A DNA stretch of 64,000 nucleotides from NCBI GenBank assembly GCA_002269645.1, contig NIVC01003840.1, forward strand, positions 10,389 through 74,388, in the 5' to 3' direction. Of this stretch, positions 39,422-52,605 are shown piece by piece. This DNA comes from Macrostomum lignano (lineage: Eukaryota). The stretch's first letter is position 1; the number at the start of each line of letters is the position of its first letter. Under the pieces are notes generated by a model, which did not search any database, was not told the origin of the DNA, and saw nothing but the letters and a program-made list of their open reading frames with translations. A program made the position numbers and the translations under genes.

Positions 39422-42400
39422 CTAATTTTTCCTGCGGATCCGATAGAACAGCCAGTTAACGGTGACGGACCAGTTGCCGGCTTTGGCTTCGTCAAATTTC
39501 TTGTTAAAATGCCGTTCGGCAGCCTGATCGCTGGCGTTGGACTGCAGACTCTCCTGGTGGAAGACAAACGAGCGATAGGTTTCAGGAGACTTCCAGGACG
39601 TTTTTAGGCGATTTTAGTGACAATTTTAAGTGAGTTCAGGGACCATTTTTAGGTAAGTTCAGGGACCATTCTTAGATAGAGTTCAGGGACAATTCTTAGA
39701 TAGAGTTCAGGGACCATTCTTAGATAGAGTTCAGGGACCATTCTTAGATAGAGTTCAGGGACAATTCTTAGATAGAGTTCAGGGACCAGTCTTAGATAGA
39801 GTTCAGGGACCATTCTTAGATAGAGTTCAGGGACCAGTCTTAGATAGGGTTCAGGGACCATTCTTAGATAGAGTTCAGAGACAATTCTTAGATAGAGTTC
39901 AGGGACAATTCTTAGATAGAGTTCAGGGACCAGTCTTAGATAGAGTTCAGGGACCATTCTTAGATAGAGTTCAGGGACCATTCTTAGATAGGGTTCAGGG
40001 ACCAGTCTTAGATAGAGTTCAGGGACCAGTCTTAGATAGAGTTCAGGGACCATTCTTAGATAGGGTTCAGGGACCAGTCTTAGATAGAGTTCAGGGACCA
40101 TTCTTAGAAAGAGTTCAGGGACCATTCTTAGATAGAGTTCAGGGACCATACTTAGATAGGGTTCAGGGACCATTCTTAGATAGGGTTCAGGGACCATTCT
40201 AGATAGGGTTCAGGGACCATTCTTAGATAGGGTTCAGGGACCATTCTAGATAGGGTTCAGGGACCATTCTAGATAGGGTTCAGGGACCATTCTTAGATAG
40301 GGTTCAGGGACCATTCTAGATAGGGTTCAGGGACCATTCTTAGATAGGGTTCAGGGACCATTCTAGATAGGGTTCAGGGACCATTCTTAGATAGGGTTCA
40401 GGGACCATTCTTACGAGCTAGATAGGGTTCAGGGACCATTCTTAGATAGGGTTCAGGGACCATTCTTAGATAGAGTTCAGGGACCATTCTTAGATAGGGT
40501 TCAGGGACCATTCTAGATAGGGTTCAGGGACCATTCTTAGATAGAGTTCAGGGACCATTCTTAGATAGGGTTCAGGGACCAGTCTTAGATAGAGTTCAGG
40601 GACCATTCTTAGATAGGGTTCAGGGACCATTCTTAGATAGGGTTCAGGGACCAGTCTTAGATAGGGTTCAGGGACCATTCTTAGGCTTCTTAGGTGAGTT
40701 CAGGGACCATTCATAGGTGAGTGTATCTTAGGAAGTTTCAAGAGGAAGACAAGAAACTCACAATCAGGTAATCCAAATCCGCCGTATCCTTGAGCTCGTC
40801 CAATCCGACTTTGACCATCAGGGCGAACAAGTTGAGCAGCAGGTCACTTCGCTGTCGAATAGCCATGTAGGCCCTGACGCACAGGTCTCTGAAGTGGGCA
40901 TCGATATTCACGCTGCCAGTCAGCCTGCCCAGCTCAGTCAGCGCGTCCAGAAACTCCTGGGCCAGCACGAACGGCACCCGCTCCCGTCTGATGCCCAGCT
41001 TTGACTTGAAGTTGCCAAGAATATGGCCGAAGTCGATGTGGAAGAGGACGCCATTCTTCCTCAGCATAATGTTGCCGCAGTGCCGGTCACCGATGCCCAG
41101 AATGTAGGTGGCCACCGAGTAGCCGGCCAGGGAGGACATGAACCGGTGCAGAGCTGCCACTAGTTCAGCGTCAGTCCGGTTGTACTTTTTCAGGTAGGCG
41201 GTCACGCGGGAGAGGCTGGGCTCGTCTGCACTATTGATGATCTTTGCCACCGTGTCGGCGTCTTGGACAACCTGACGACAGGGGGGCAGATTGTAAGACA
41301 ATTGCCAGAATTTGTAGCATCTATAATTAATAATGGCTTTGGAAAATTTTAAAAATATTCTAACATTTTTGGGTATATCTAACCTTAACCTACGCTACTG
41401 TTAGTAGTTATTATAGCTTGGTCTACGAAATTTGACACGTGCAGCAATTTGATCGTCCACCCGAAAACGAAACCTAGCTTAAATCATAAACTCGTAAGCT
41501 AAATCCTAAGCTAAACCCTAAACCCAAAACCATAATACAAAACCTTACCTAAATCTCAAAACTAACCCTAACAAACTAAACCTAAACCCTACTTAAACCT
41601 AAGCCCAAATCTAAATTCAAACCCAAACCTAACCTAAACTAAAAACTAAACCCAAAACCTAAACTAAACCTTAACCCAAATCTAAACCTAAACCCTATCC
41701 AAACCTAAACCCAAACCTAAACTTTAACCTAAACCATAACCTAAACCCAACTCTAAACCCAAAACCTACACCCGAACTTAAACCGCAACCCTAACCTAAA
41801 TCATAATAAAGTAGATTATAGATAACCAAAATGGAAAGATATCGATACCCGGTAACAACCATATCACGCATATTACTCTCACCTCGATGAAGCCTTTCCT
41901 ATCGCCGCAGGTGACCACCTCGTACAAGTTGAGGCTGATGTCCAGCCCACTCTGCTCCCAGACAAAAGACATAAGCCGCAGACAGTGCAGAATCAGCATG
42001 TCCTGTCGAAGGTCATCGCCGCACTTGAAGATCAGGCTGGTGATCCCGGAAGCTGTGTCATCACGGCTCCAGGCCAGCAGCAGGGGTCGCATTTTCGAGT
42101 CCAGCACCCGGCAGCGCTCGAGATCGGGCCGGCACAGCAGGATGTCCGGGTGGGCCGGCGACCACACGTTGCTGAGGGCTTCCAGCTGGGCCTCAACTCC
42201 GCTGCGCAGCTGCCGGGTGGCGTCTTCGATTTTCGAACGGCTGGCCTGGTAAGGCGCGGCACGGATAGTACACTGTCGGGCTTGAACTCCTGACACCCTC
42301 TGGTGGCATTCCTGACACCCTCTGGTGGCATTCCTGACACCCTCTGGTGGCATTCCTGACAATCCTCTCTGGTGACATTCCTGACACCCTCTGGTGGCAT

Positions 42401-45400
42401 TCCTGACAATCCTCTCTGGTGGCATTCCTGACACCCTCTGGTGGCATTCCTGACACCCTCTGGTGGCATTCCTGACACCCTCTGGTGGCATTCCTGACAC
42501 CCTCTGGTGGCATTCCTGACACCCTCTGGTGGCATTCCTGACACCCTCTGGTGGCATTCCTGACACCCTCTGGTGGCATTCCTGACACCCTCTGGTGGCA
42601 TTCCTGACACCCTCTGGTGGCATTCCTGACACCCTCTAGTGGCATTCCTGACATCCCTCTCTGGTGGCATTCCCGATAACCCTCTCTGATGGAATTCCTG
42701 ACATCCCTGATGGATCTCTGATAGAATTCCTGACAACCCTCTCTGATGGCATTCCTAACAAACCTCTCTGATGGCATTCCTGACAAGCCTCCAGTAGCAT
42801 TCCTAACATCCAGCCCTGCTATATTTGAAGTCATTAAAGAACAGAAATTAATCTAATTAAGTACCTTGGAAGCCAGTCCACTCAGCCGCACAGCCAGTCC
42901 AATCTGATTGCCCAGGTACTCCAACAGGCTTGAAGGAGAGAACAGCAGAAATGCTTCTAGGAAGATTCCCAACCTATGCTGACTGCTGTCGCAAGCGAGC
43001 ATCTCAGCTTTCACCAGATAGTACAGGTGGTGACCGATCTGGCGATTGCTGAACGCTTTGCGGAGTAGGTACCTGATATCAGATGGAGTTTGATGAGGCT
43101 TGTTTTTTTGTGTTCAACAGCATTAAATACTACTGACTGAGAGTAAATGGATTTGATGTAGGGATTAGTTGTAGAGAGTCATTTTAGAGTCGCTGTAGGT
43201 AACACAGGTCAAATAGGAAAGAAGTGACTCTAGAGACGACTCTAAAACGACAAGATGTCACGGTACAAGTCGCCAGAAAATCGTCAAAGAGTCACATAAG
43301 AGTCGATTTGAAGCGTTTTATTGTCAGCGACTCTGGGACCGTAGGGTCGTTCCTGAGGCATTGCCAAAGTCGCTGCAGAATCACTGAGTTGCGTCAGTTT
43401 TTGAATTAGAGAATCGCATTTCGAATTTTTATAGCAACTCTATTTAGTCTACTTGAGTTAGAAGTTTAAGAGCTAATACAACGACTCTTGGGGCGACTTT
43501 TTTGCGACTCTCACGATTCTGCAACTATCGCATTACAGTCGTTTGAGTGGTTAAAAAGTCACAAGAGTGGACCAAGAGTCGCTAGAGTCATAAGCGAGTT
43601 ATTTCCAATGTCTTCTTTAGCGATACTGATTAGTAAGGCGGATCTGTGAAATTACTTGGACGTCTAAGTGTCGTAGGCCGCAGGGTGTCATAATGTTAAA
43701 CTATGCCTGGCAGCTATCAAACACTGAGGCACTCAAGGCTAAATACAAGAGCTCAGGTCTCACCTGGCCAGCGCACTGTCGGGATAAGCCTCGTACTTCA
43801 AGCACTCGACCATCTGCATCAGAATCAAGCACAGCATGTCGTCCTCAACAGTCACTTTCTGGTCCACAATTCGAACCCCAATCGAACGGATTCGACTGTC
43901 CAAACAGCTGGAGTTGAGCAGCTGCAGGCCCGCCTCCAGGGCTACCTTGTCCAGTTGCCATTTGTTCAGCAACCTGTACGCTTCATCAACAGCTTCAGCG
44001 GAGCGCCAGGGAATCGCCTGACAGAATTTCACAATCCTCTCTGGATGACAGGTGGCTACTTGATTGCGACATTTCCAAATCAATTTCAAATCCTGATCGG
44101 CCGTTTCCACCGCGGCAAGGGCGTAAGCCAGAGTGGCATCTTCCACTAAGAAGTCGTTTCTAATTTGCTCCGGAGTTGCCGGTCTTTCGCCAGTCTCATT
44201 GGCTGAGACGCCATCGAACAGTTCCGTAGTTGTTGTAGCAATAGAAAAATTGTCAGCATCTGTAGTGGCTGCAGTGGTGCAGCTGAAATAGCTGGCAATG
44301 CTATCACTAGATTGGTGCATTGGTGGTTGCAGAACGGACGACTGGCTCAGGTAGACAGTGTAGGGCATGAATGTTGACCAGTAATGCGTATAGTTGGGCA
44401 GCTCAAAGCCCAGAGTGATGTGAAGCGCAACAGGCGGATTATTAGAGTTGGACTGAGCGCAACCGCTAGGATTGAAAACTCCGCTAGTCTGAAGCAGCTG
44501 CTTAGAAGGCGCCCGTTCCACCGGCCACAGGCCGAAAGAGAATGTGCCCATAGTTAGACGACCGTGACTGTCAAACAAGGGCATGTTGCCCCAGGCTATG
44601 GGAGTCTCCGAGTGCTGTGTTCGTTCAACAACGGCCATTGACAGTCGGGCAGCGCGCGGCAGGTCTCGCCAGGCGATGTCAAACTGTTGATTTCTGCAAT
44701 CGGCCGCAGCGGAGCCGGGCTGCAGCGGCAGACAGGCAGTCATGCACATGGAGCAGTCGCTCAGAGTTGGAGCAATGTACAAGTAATAATCCGGCTGGTT
44801 GTCTTCATCAATGCCAGGCGAAGCTGCGGGATCGCCAGTGCCGGCCGAGGCAGCGGCTGCAGCGACTGCGGCTGAGTCCAACAATAAATTAGAATCGAAA
44901 TTGAATCTGGACAGCGTGACGCTGAACTTCAAGGATGGGCTGATACCCATCATGCTGCAGCTTTGGGCGTTGCGACGCGGAGCAATGTAGCTGCGGAATG
45001 GGGGATGGAAAATTAGAAAAAAATCAAACCCATGACCTTTCTGAGTCACGTCAGCCGGTCGTTCAAATGCTACTTTTTCAGACATTCCCTCTAGTGACTG
45101 TTGGTACATATATATATATATAGGTCTGCCACTACAGTATGCTGTGGCTGGCTGTCTTGGTGATTTGGGATCTTGCCCTCCAGCTAAATGCTAGGGTACT
45201 GACTGGAAAGAGAGCATCGTACTCAAGAGCCATCCCCATCGCCCGACTCGCGGGACAAATTACTCAGGGTTAGGATTCTGTGTCCTCGACCAAAATGGCC
45301 TTGTGCAATGTGCAATCAAAACTGACCAACTCTATGAATTCTCAGACTAACCGCTGCAATACTCCGTGTCTCAATTGTTCAAGTACACGAGTTGAGGCGG

Positions 45401-48046
45401 CGCCAGAAGCGCTGTGCAATTCGTGAACCTCGCGCGGTTCTAAAATTCGAATCTCCAAATTATTTCGATGATGCGCGATGTGCCGCTGGACAACTTTGTA
45501 GGCCCATAGCGGCCTGTTCTCGTACATAAACACCATTCTGCCGCACAGCTTGATCAGCTGGTGATCCGACTCCCTTAAAAGGGTGTCCCTCTCCGGATGT
45601 CTACGCAACAGAGCCAAGATGTCGTCTGCGATTTTTAGGTTGCAATTATTAATTATAGATTTATTAAGATTGAAGTTGCTATATGCAACAAGTCGCTTTG
45701 ATGGTGGTGGTATCGACTGCACATGACGATAAAACTAGACTATACATGACGATAAAACTAGACTATACATGACGATAAAACTAGACTATACATGACGATA
45801 AAACTAGACTATACATGACGATAAAACTAGACTATACATGACGATAAAACTAGACTATACATGACGATAGAACTAGACTATACATGACGATAAAACTAGA
45901 CTATACATGACGATAAAATTAGACTATACATGACGATAAAACTAGACTATACATGACGATAAAACTAGACTATACATGACGATAAAACTAGACTATACAT
46001 GACGATAAAACTAGACTATACATGACGATAGAACTAGACTATACATGACGATAAAACTAGACTATACATGACGATAGAACTAGACTATACATGACGATAA
46101 AACTAGACTATACATGACGATAGAACTAGACTATACATGACGATAGAACTAGACTATACATGACGATAAAACTAGACTATACATGACGATAGAACTAGAC
46201 TATACATGACGATAAAACTAGACTATACATGACGATAAAACTAGACTATACATGACGATAGAACTAGACTATACATGACGATAAAACTAGACTATACATG
46301 ACGATAGAACTAGACTATACATGACGATAAAACTAGACTATACATGACGATAGAACTAGACTATACATGACGATAAAACTAGACTATACATGACGATAGA
46401 ACTAGACTATACATGACGATAAAACTAGACTATACATGACGATAAAACTAGACTATACATGACGATAGAACTAGACTATACATGACGATAAAACTAGACT
46501 ATACATGACGATAAAACTAGACTATACATGACGATAGAACTAGACTATACATGACGATAAAACTAGACTATACATGACGATAAAACTAGACTATACATGA
46601 CGATAGAACTAGACTATACATGACGATAAAACTAGACTATACATGACGATAGAACTAGACTATACATGACGATAGAACTAGACTATACATGACGATAGAA
46701 CTAGACTATACATGACGATAAAACTAGACTATACATGACGATAAAACTAGACTATACATGACGATAGAACTAGACTATACATGACGATAAAACTAGACTA
46801 TACATGACGATAGAACTAGACTATACATGACGATAAAACTAGACTATACATGACGATAAAACTAGACTATACATGACGATAGAACTAGACTATACATGAC
46901 GATAAAACTAGACTATACATGACGATAGAACTAGACTATACATGACGATAAAACTTCAACAGAGAAACATATATGGTTAAGCGCAGATCATTACTCACTA
47001 GGCCTGTCGCCTAAACTGACAACAATATCCACAAAGTTGGAGCGCGACATTCGCGGCTGTTTCAGTCGGCCACCATCCGGCTGCTGCAGACGCCGCACGC
47101 TCAGGCACATCATCGACGAGTCGCTCAATGCAGGCGGTAACTTGTTGCTTAAAGCTACGGGAAAATTAGTTCGAAGCCAGGCAACAAATGAGTCGCGATC
47201 TTCAGCCGTCTCAGCTTGCAACTCAGAGTCGACTAAACGCCTGACCTGGCTGGCGCAGTGGAACATCTCGATGAGCTCAGGGTCAGATGGAGAGGCGAGG
47301 CACAGAGGTTGACGCTGACACAGTGCGGCGGTGAGCTGCTCAACAATGAGGCGAGACTCCAGATCGCTCGGATTGGCACTACTCAACGACAAGGTGACAA
47401 TGCTGCCTAGAGGATCGGATTCTTGGCCTGTGGAAGTTCGGGGGTTCAGTTTTGAAATCATTTGTTTTTAGGTTCGTGCACTATATCGCTACGTCTAGGG
47501 TGACGTCCACCCACAACCAGTGCTGCTCGTACAAACGCGCCAATACTGTACGCAGGCACGCACTCATATACAAGGTGAACAGTGGCCCAGACTTTCGAAT
47601 CATCAAGAGTGTACACCCTGACGTAAGGGGGGGGGGGAACCTCCAACCTCTAGACCAATTTTCGTGCGCACAAGTCCCAAACGAATGGGGCTGCCGTAAA
47701 AATTATAAAACCATGTTTAAAGTTGTCTCCCACCTGCTTTCTCGGTCTGCTGAAAGCGACTAAAACTGCTCAGACGTTGCGATTCCTCAAATTCGGTGAC
47801 CCGACGGAAATAGCTGTGGTCGAGAAACTCGAAGTAGTATTCCTGCCTGGATTTCATCAAGTGAATTAGACCCAGATCGCTTAGCTTTTTCCATACTAGA
47901 TGCTTGAGCTGGGCAAAGGTGACGTCTAACGATATCATCAAGTCCAGTAGATAGGGAAAGTCATCTTGCTGAATGAGCACAGACAGCGGCTGCGGCTCAG
48001 AGTACACCTCCGAGTAAGCATAGTCTGAGTTTTCTTCATTCGCCAT
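39422..48046 (-). CDS. PIK3CA-like: Class I phosphoinositide 3-kinase catalytic subunit (p110-like), 1144 aa
   Basis: Eight phase-compatible exons: 48046-47734, 47406-46999, 45625-45352, 44990-43764, 43072-42865, 42245-41883, 41271-40762, 39553-39422 (3435 nt). Domain order ABD, RBD, C2, helical (LKYEAYPDSALARYLLRKA), kinase (IFKCGDDLRQDML, GIGDRHCGN, HIDFGHILGNFKSKLGIRRERVPF). The p110 subtype cannot be resolved by eye. Confidence 0.93.
39625..40725. repeat. 24-bp satellite AGATAG(A/G)GTTCAGGGACCATTCTT in the last PI3K intron
   Basis: About 45 copies, some 23-bp. Confidence 0.96.
41480..41798. repeat. Degenerate telomere-like (AAACCT/AACCCT) tract
   Basis: C/A-rich 6-7 bp units in a PI3K intron. 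Confidence 0.7.
42286..42810. repeat. 22-bp minisatellite CCTGACACCCTCTGGTGGCATT
   Basis: About 23 copies, homogeneous on the left and decayed on the right. Confidence 0.95.
45720..46954. repeat. 23-bp satellite CATGACGATA(A/G)AACTAGACTATA
   Basis: About 54 copies with essentially one dimorphic site. Confidence 0.98.
47515..47600 (-). mobile_element. Family B SINE fragment
   Basis: Aligns with about 3665-3737 (TACAA.CGCGC..ATAC...ACGCAGGCAC.CACTCA...CAG.GGCCC..ACTTT). Confidence 0.55.
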
Positions 48047-49066
48047 GAATGCGAACAGCAAGCACTGAAACAAATAAGCAAGGTTTCGATTCTACTGCTC
48101 AAGCTTATATTTTGTAAATCCTAAGTCTCCTAACCAATAACGGTCTAATGTTAAATACGAGTACTATTTGACCGCTTCAAGCTCTAAATAGTCGAATTTT
48201 GATATTGGTTAGGTGGCGTTTTTGATACTCGAGTAATATACTTGAGTTATAAAAAATAAATATACCATTTCAACTTCGAAGAGGGTTGGATTAATCTTAA
48301 CGCGCGTGGAGGTGCAAGAAGATCAAGGATTTCTGAGATTCTCGGTACATTGATGAGCCATGTGGAAGAAAAGCCGACTGTGACCGTTAAACAATCAGTC
48401 CTCTGATTGACGGGACTTGATCAATTACATTGAAGGATGTTACGACGACTTAATGGAGATAGGAAAGAATAGTGGCATGTCAAGAGAATTCCTACACACG
48501 ATCTGAATGGCGGCGCGGAGACATTCATCCCCCCCCCCCCGGAGCGCGATGTATTTTTGTACACGCTGAAGTCAGTAAGTTAATTTGTCATGGTTAGATA
48601 TTGTTGCATGTTATATCATGTTAAAAAAACGGCAAATCAAGTTAGTTAAGGTGTGTCTTATCGGCAGTTTTCATCGCACAAGAAAGTAGGTAAAATTATC
48701 CCCATGTTGTTATTTTTTTACCGTCTAATCATTAAAATAAATCATTATAAAACAAAACAGATAAAAAGTAAAGTGTAAAACAGAGGTGGTGTATTTATTG
48801 AGATAACGAGTGTGACAGTTTCAAACGTTATGAGCAAGGTAAATGTAACATCTAAAAAACTTTAAAAATTGCATGAACAATGCATGTCTAACTAAAGAAG
48901 CACTATTCACAGCCTTAATTTAGAAAATTCCATTTTGCAGAATTAAATTTTGCCTGATTTCAACAAGTTTAAATTAAGTAAAAAATATTCAAAAAGACCT
49001 TTTATCGTAGTACACACAACAGTTGTTCGTAGAAGTTTTGATTGCAGCTTTTTTGAACAAAAAAAG

Positions 49067-49356
49067 TAATTGATTACACCTGTGCTAATGGTCAGATGTG
49101 CAAACGACAGCTCAGTTGCAGCTATTGCGCGGCGTATCTGAAAGCTGCGTACGACTGTTCAGTCCAAGGACTGGGGGTCGTCACACTCTCAATTACCCCA
49201 TCTAATGCCGGTATCTATTTTACAGCTGTGTGAACTAAAGCAATTTAGAGTGAAGTGTCTTGATCAAGAACACAAATTATTCTATCTGAGTCGAGAATCG
49301 AATCCCAAACCTTTCAGCCATGAGTCTGGCGCTCTAACCAGTGGGCTACAGTCCCC
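49067..49356 (-). mobile_element. Full-length CORE-SINE (family A)
   Basis: A box TAGCCCACTGG, B-box-like GATTCGATTCT, CORE-like TGTGTTCTTGATCAAGACACTT..CAGCTGTAAAAT, and the same 3' body as the other copies. Confidence 0.85.
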
Positions 49357-49459
49357 TCGTCTCAAGCTACAACCGCTAACTTTGAACAAAGTCAACAGAA
49401 AAACGCATAGGTGATCGATTTTTTCCAAAAGCTTGTAAAAGCTGTTATTAATCTATCTG

Positions 49460-51417
49460 TCAATCGTTATAACGCGCAAACAAGGTCAGCTGAAGTATAG
49501 GTCCAACGCTTAGCGTGGTTAAATCAGACAGGACAGCTTCAGCAGCTGAGAACGATTTCGTCTGAAGCAAATTATGCTTCCGAAAAGAGAACACACCAAC
49601 AGCGAACAATGGCAGAATTGTGAGACTGTCGTAGGCGACAATTCTATCCCAGAGTAGCAGCACCTGTTCCGGCAGCAGTAAACCGGAGAAGGCCAGCATC
49701 ATCCAGCGGAAAGCGATGCGCAACGGTTGAATACCTTCGGAGCGTAGATGATGAAACAGTTCAGGCTCTTGAGTTTGCAGCAACGATTCAAATAGGGCGC
49801 ACAGGCCCAGTATGCTATCTGGTTCGGAGCTGATCACGTGCAACTTGTAGAAGTGGCGAGTGTACAGCTCGCGAAATACCAAGTAAAGCTCTTTGGGATC
49901 CGGATACAGAAAGCACAGCGGACACAGTAGCAGAGCGAATCCGTGGAACGGAATCACACCGGAGGGCGGATAGGCCACAGCGGCGGATTCGTCTCCAACC
50001 CGACCGTTCAAATACGCCTTCGGAGCCGTGGCGCAACAGCGTCGATAAACTCCTACAATAGCTGGATCCCGGCTAAACATCAGCAATATCATGTGCAGAT
50101 AGTCTTCAAACACGAAGTACATATCATTGTTGGCGGCAGTCAGTTTGACATCTTTGAAAATAAGCGCGTCAACTAGCAAATCGTGGTCTAGCACGGCCTG
50201 TTTCAGGCCTTGGAGGTATTGTTCGGCGTGTCCGGTGACTGAGACGTCAAAAATTAACGACCAGAGGCGACCACGATAGGACAGAGGTACACCGCGTTTA
50301 GCCAACTCCTGGGCTAGGGGTGCACTGCCAGATTCGAGTACCTGCAAAATTGACAGGCAATTGATGTTGAGCAAAAAAGCCAGCTGTTGGTGTTGAGCGG
50401 GGGAAATTGACCTGCTGGTCCATGGCATTAACGTTGAAAAGACAGCTATGCGTCATAATACTAAAGTAGGCACTTTAATATATTAACAATTGCAGTGAGA
50501 AGATTGCTAACTTATTAGCCCAACCTTGAAACTGCAGTCTTAGACGTTCCGTTTTTTGGTACAATTAGCGCTACTCTGTCTTTTCGAAAGTGCTGAATTT
50601 TCATGCTTTAAAATACAGCAATAATGCCAGTGTAGAAAAAGACATGTTTAGTAGCCAGGAAAGACTAGATAAACTACTGCTACTTGAATAGTAACTAACG
50701 AACCTTCACAGTGAGCTTTTCCCGTTCAACATCGCCGTCAGGCAGACACTCGTCATCTACGCCAGTCTGCGACAAGCTAATAGCCAAATCGTGATAGTCC
50801 AAACGTAGCTGGTCAATTGTTTTACAGCGCAACGGAGCGTGTATCAGGCCCCAGCGAGTGTCAGTCATCTCTGGCAGAGCGTTGGGACACCTGACTGCGA
50901 CCAGCACTTCAAGGAAGTCCTTAGAAGCGTACACGGGTCTGATTGAAGAGACATCTTTCTCTATCACACTCAGCTCATTCCATTTCGACACCAGCGCGTT
51001 GAAATCTTTCTCCGTTCGACGGCGAGCCAACGGCAAGCCAAGATCTGAGCACATAGTGTTGAGACTTTTGCAGATCCGTTTCTCCCAATTAGCTTGAGCT
51101 CTGCCAATATGAGCAGCCTCACCAACTGGTGTTAACGACTGCTGCTGCTGCTGAGACAGCGGCTGCTGCTGATACTGGCGCTTGGGCAATTTAGCTGATG
51201 CAGCAAAAAGCCAGTTGATAACGCTGCGACGACTTTCAGGCGTGTTTAACCGATCTAACAAAGCGTCTTTAGCGGCGGAGAAGCCGCCACTACTAGAGGC
51301 CAAATAGCTGCTGGATGCGCCCGAAGTCAAGTCTTTCTCCACAGCTTCCAATAGGCTAAGATGCAGATCAGAGTCGAAGAAATTGCGGCAGAGTTCTTCT
51401 AAATCGGCTTCTTCCAT
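49460..51417 (-). CDS. TBC1D19: TBC1 domain family member 19, 531 aa
   Basis: Exons 51417-50704 and 50341-49460 (phase 0, 1596 nt). AQANWEKRICKSLNTMCSDLGLPLARRR, LIFKDVKLTAANNDMYFVFEDY, GVIPFHGF and LLLWDRIVAYDSL match TBC1D19. Confidence 0.93.
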
Positions 51418-51974
51418 AGTGAGATGGAGCAATTATTGACCTCTTTGGTACACTGAAATTTTTTAGGAGAATTAACATGATTATAAATTGTTATGGAATC
51501 GTTTTATCCTTTAGTCTACGTATTATTATATACTACAAAACAAAACAAATCAAGAGAAACTATGATATCCAATCCAAAATAAATCCATCACTGGTTTATT
51601 GATTTCACAGCGGCATGACAGATACGCCAAAAAACAACCAATTTATCGAACCTAAACCAGGAAATGCTTTTCAAGCGTGAACTCCAGGTCTCCAGCAGAT
51701 TAACTAGAAATTGAAAGTTAATTTAATTTCTCAAATGAAATGCTGCTGGCAAACATTTAGTAGTGAATTTTGGGGTAATCACAACCATCGCTATTAACAC
51801 TATTGAATTGCGCATCATTTCGTCAGATTTCAACCGATTTTTTTAGAAAAAGCAAGCTGTTCTCCTTGAATTCTTTTGACAATAAGATAAACTATAAAAA
51901 TCAAGCCTCAATAGAGACATTCATCGAGCTCGTAGAAAAAAAACGGAACTAGAAGACGTTGTCTGATAATCTGG

Positions 51975-52510
51975 GAAGGCGGTGGTGGCCCAGCAACTCA
52001 TGATCTATCCGGGAGGCTGGCCCAGCAACTGAGGATCTGGGAGGCTGGCCCAGCAACTGAGGATCTGGGAGGCTGGCCCAGCAACTGAGGATCTGGGAGG
52101 CTGGCCCAGCAACTGAGGATCTGGGAGGCTGGCCCAGCAACTGAGGATCTGGGAGGCTGGCCCAGCAACTGAGGATCTGGGAGGCTGGCCCAGCAACTGA
52201 GGATCTGGGAGGCTGGCCCAGCAACTGAGGATCTGGGAGGCTGGCCCAGCAACTGAGGATCTGGGAGGCTGGCCCAGCAACTGAGGATCTGGGAGGCTGG
52301 CCCAGCAACTGAGGATCTGGGAGGCTGGCCCAGCAACTGAGGATCTGAGAGGCTGGTCTAGCAACTGGGGATCTGAGAGGCTGGTCTAGCAACTGGGGAT
52401 CTGAGAGGCTGGCCCAGCAACTGAGGATCTGGGAGGCTGGCCCAGCAACTGGGGATCTAGGAGGCTGGCCCAGCAACTGCGAGGATCTGTGAAGCTGGCC
52501 CAGCAACTGA
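51975..52510. repeat. 28-bp minisatellite GGCCCAGCAACTGAGGATCTGGGAGGCT
   Basis: About 18 copies between RRP12 and TBC1D19. Confidence 0.96.
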
Positions 52511-52605
52511 CACTCTAAATACAATCATTGACTTTCAATGCTTCTGAGACAATAGGCGATCAACGGTTCCCTTTCAGTCTCAACAGTTTATAAAGCATCC
52601 ACGAT

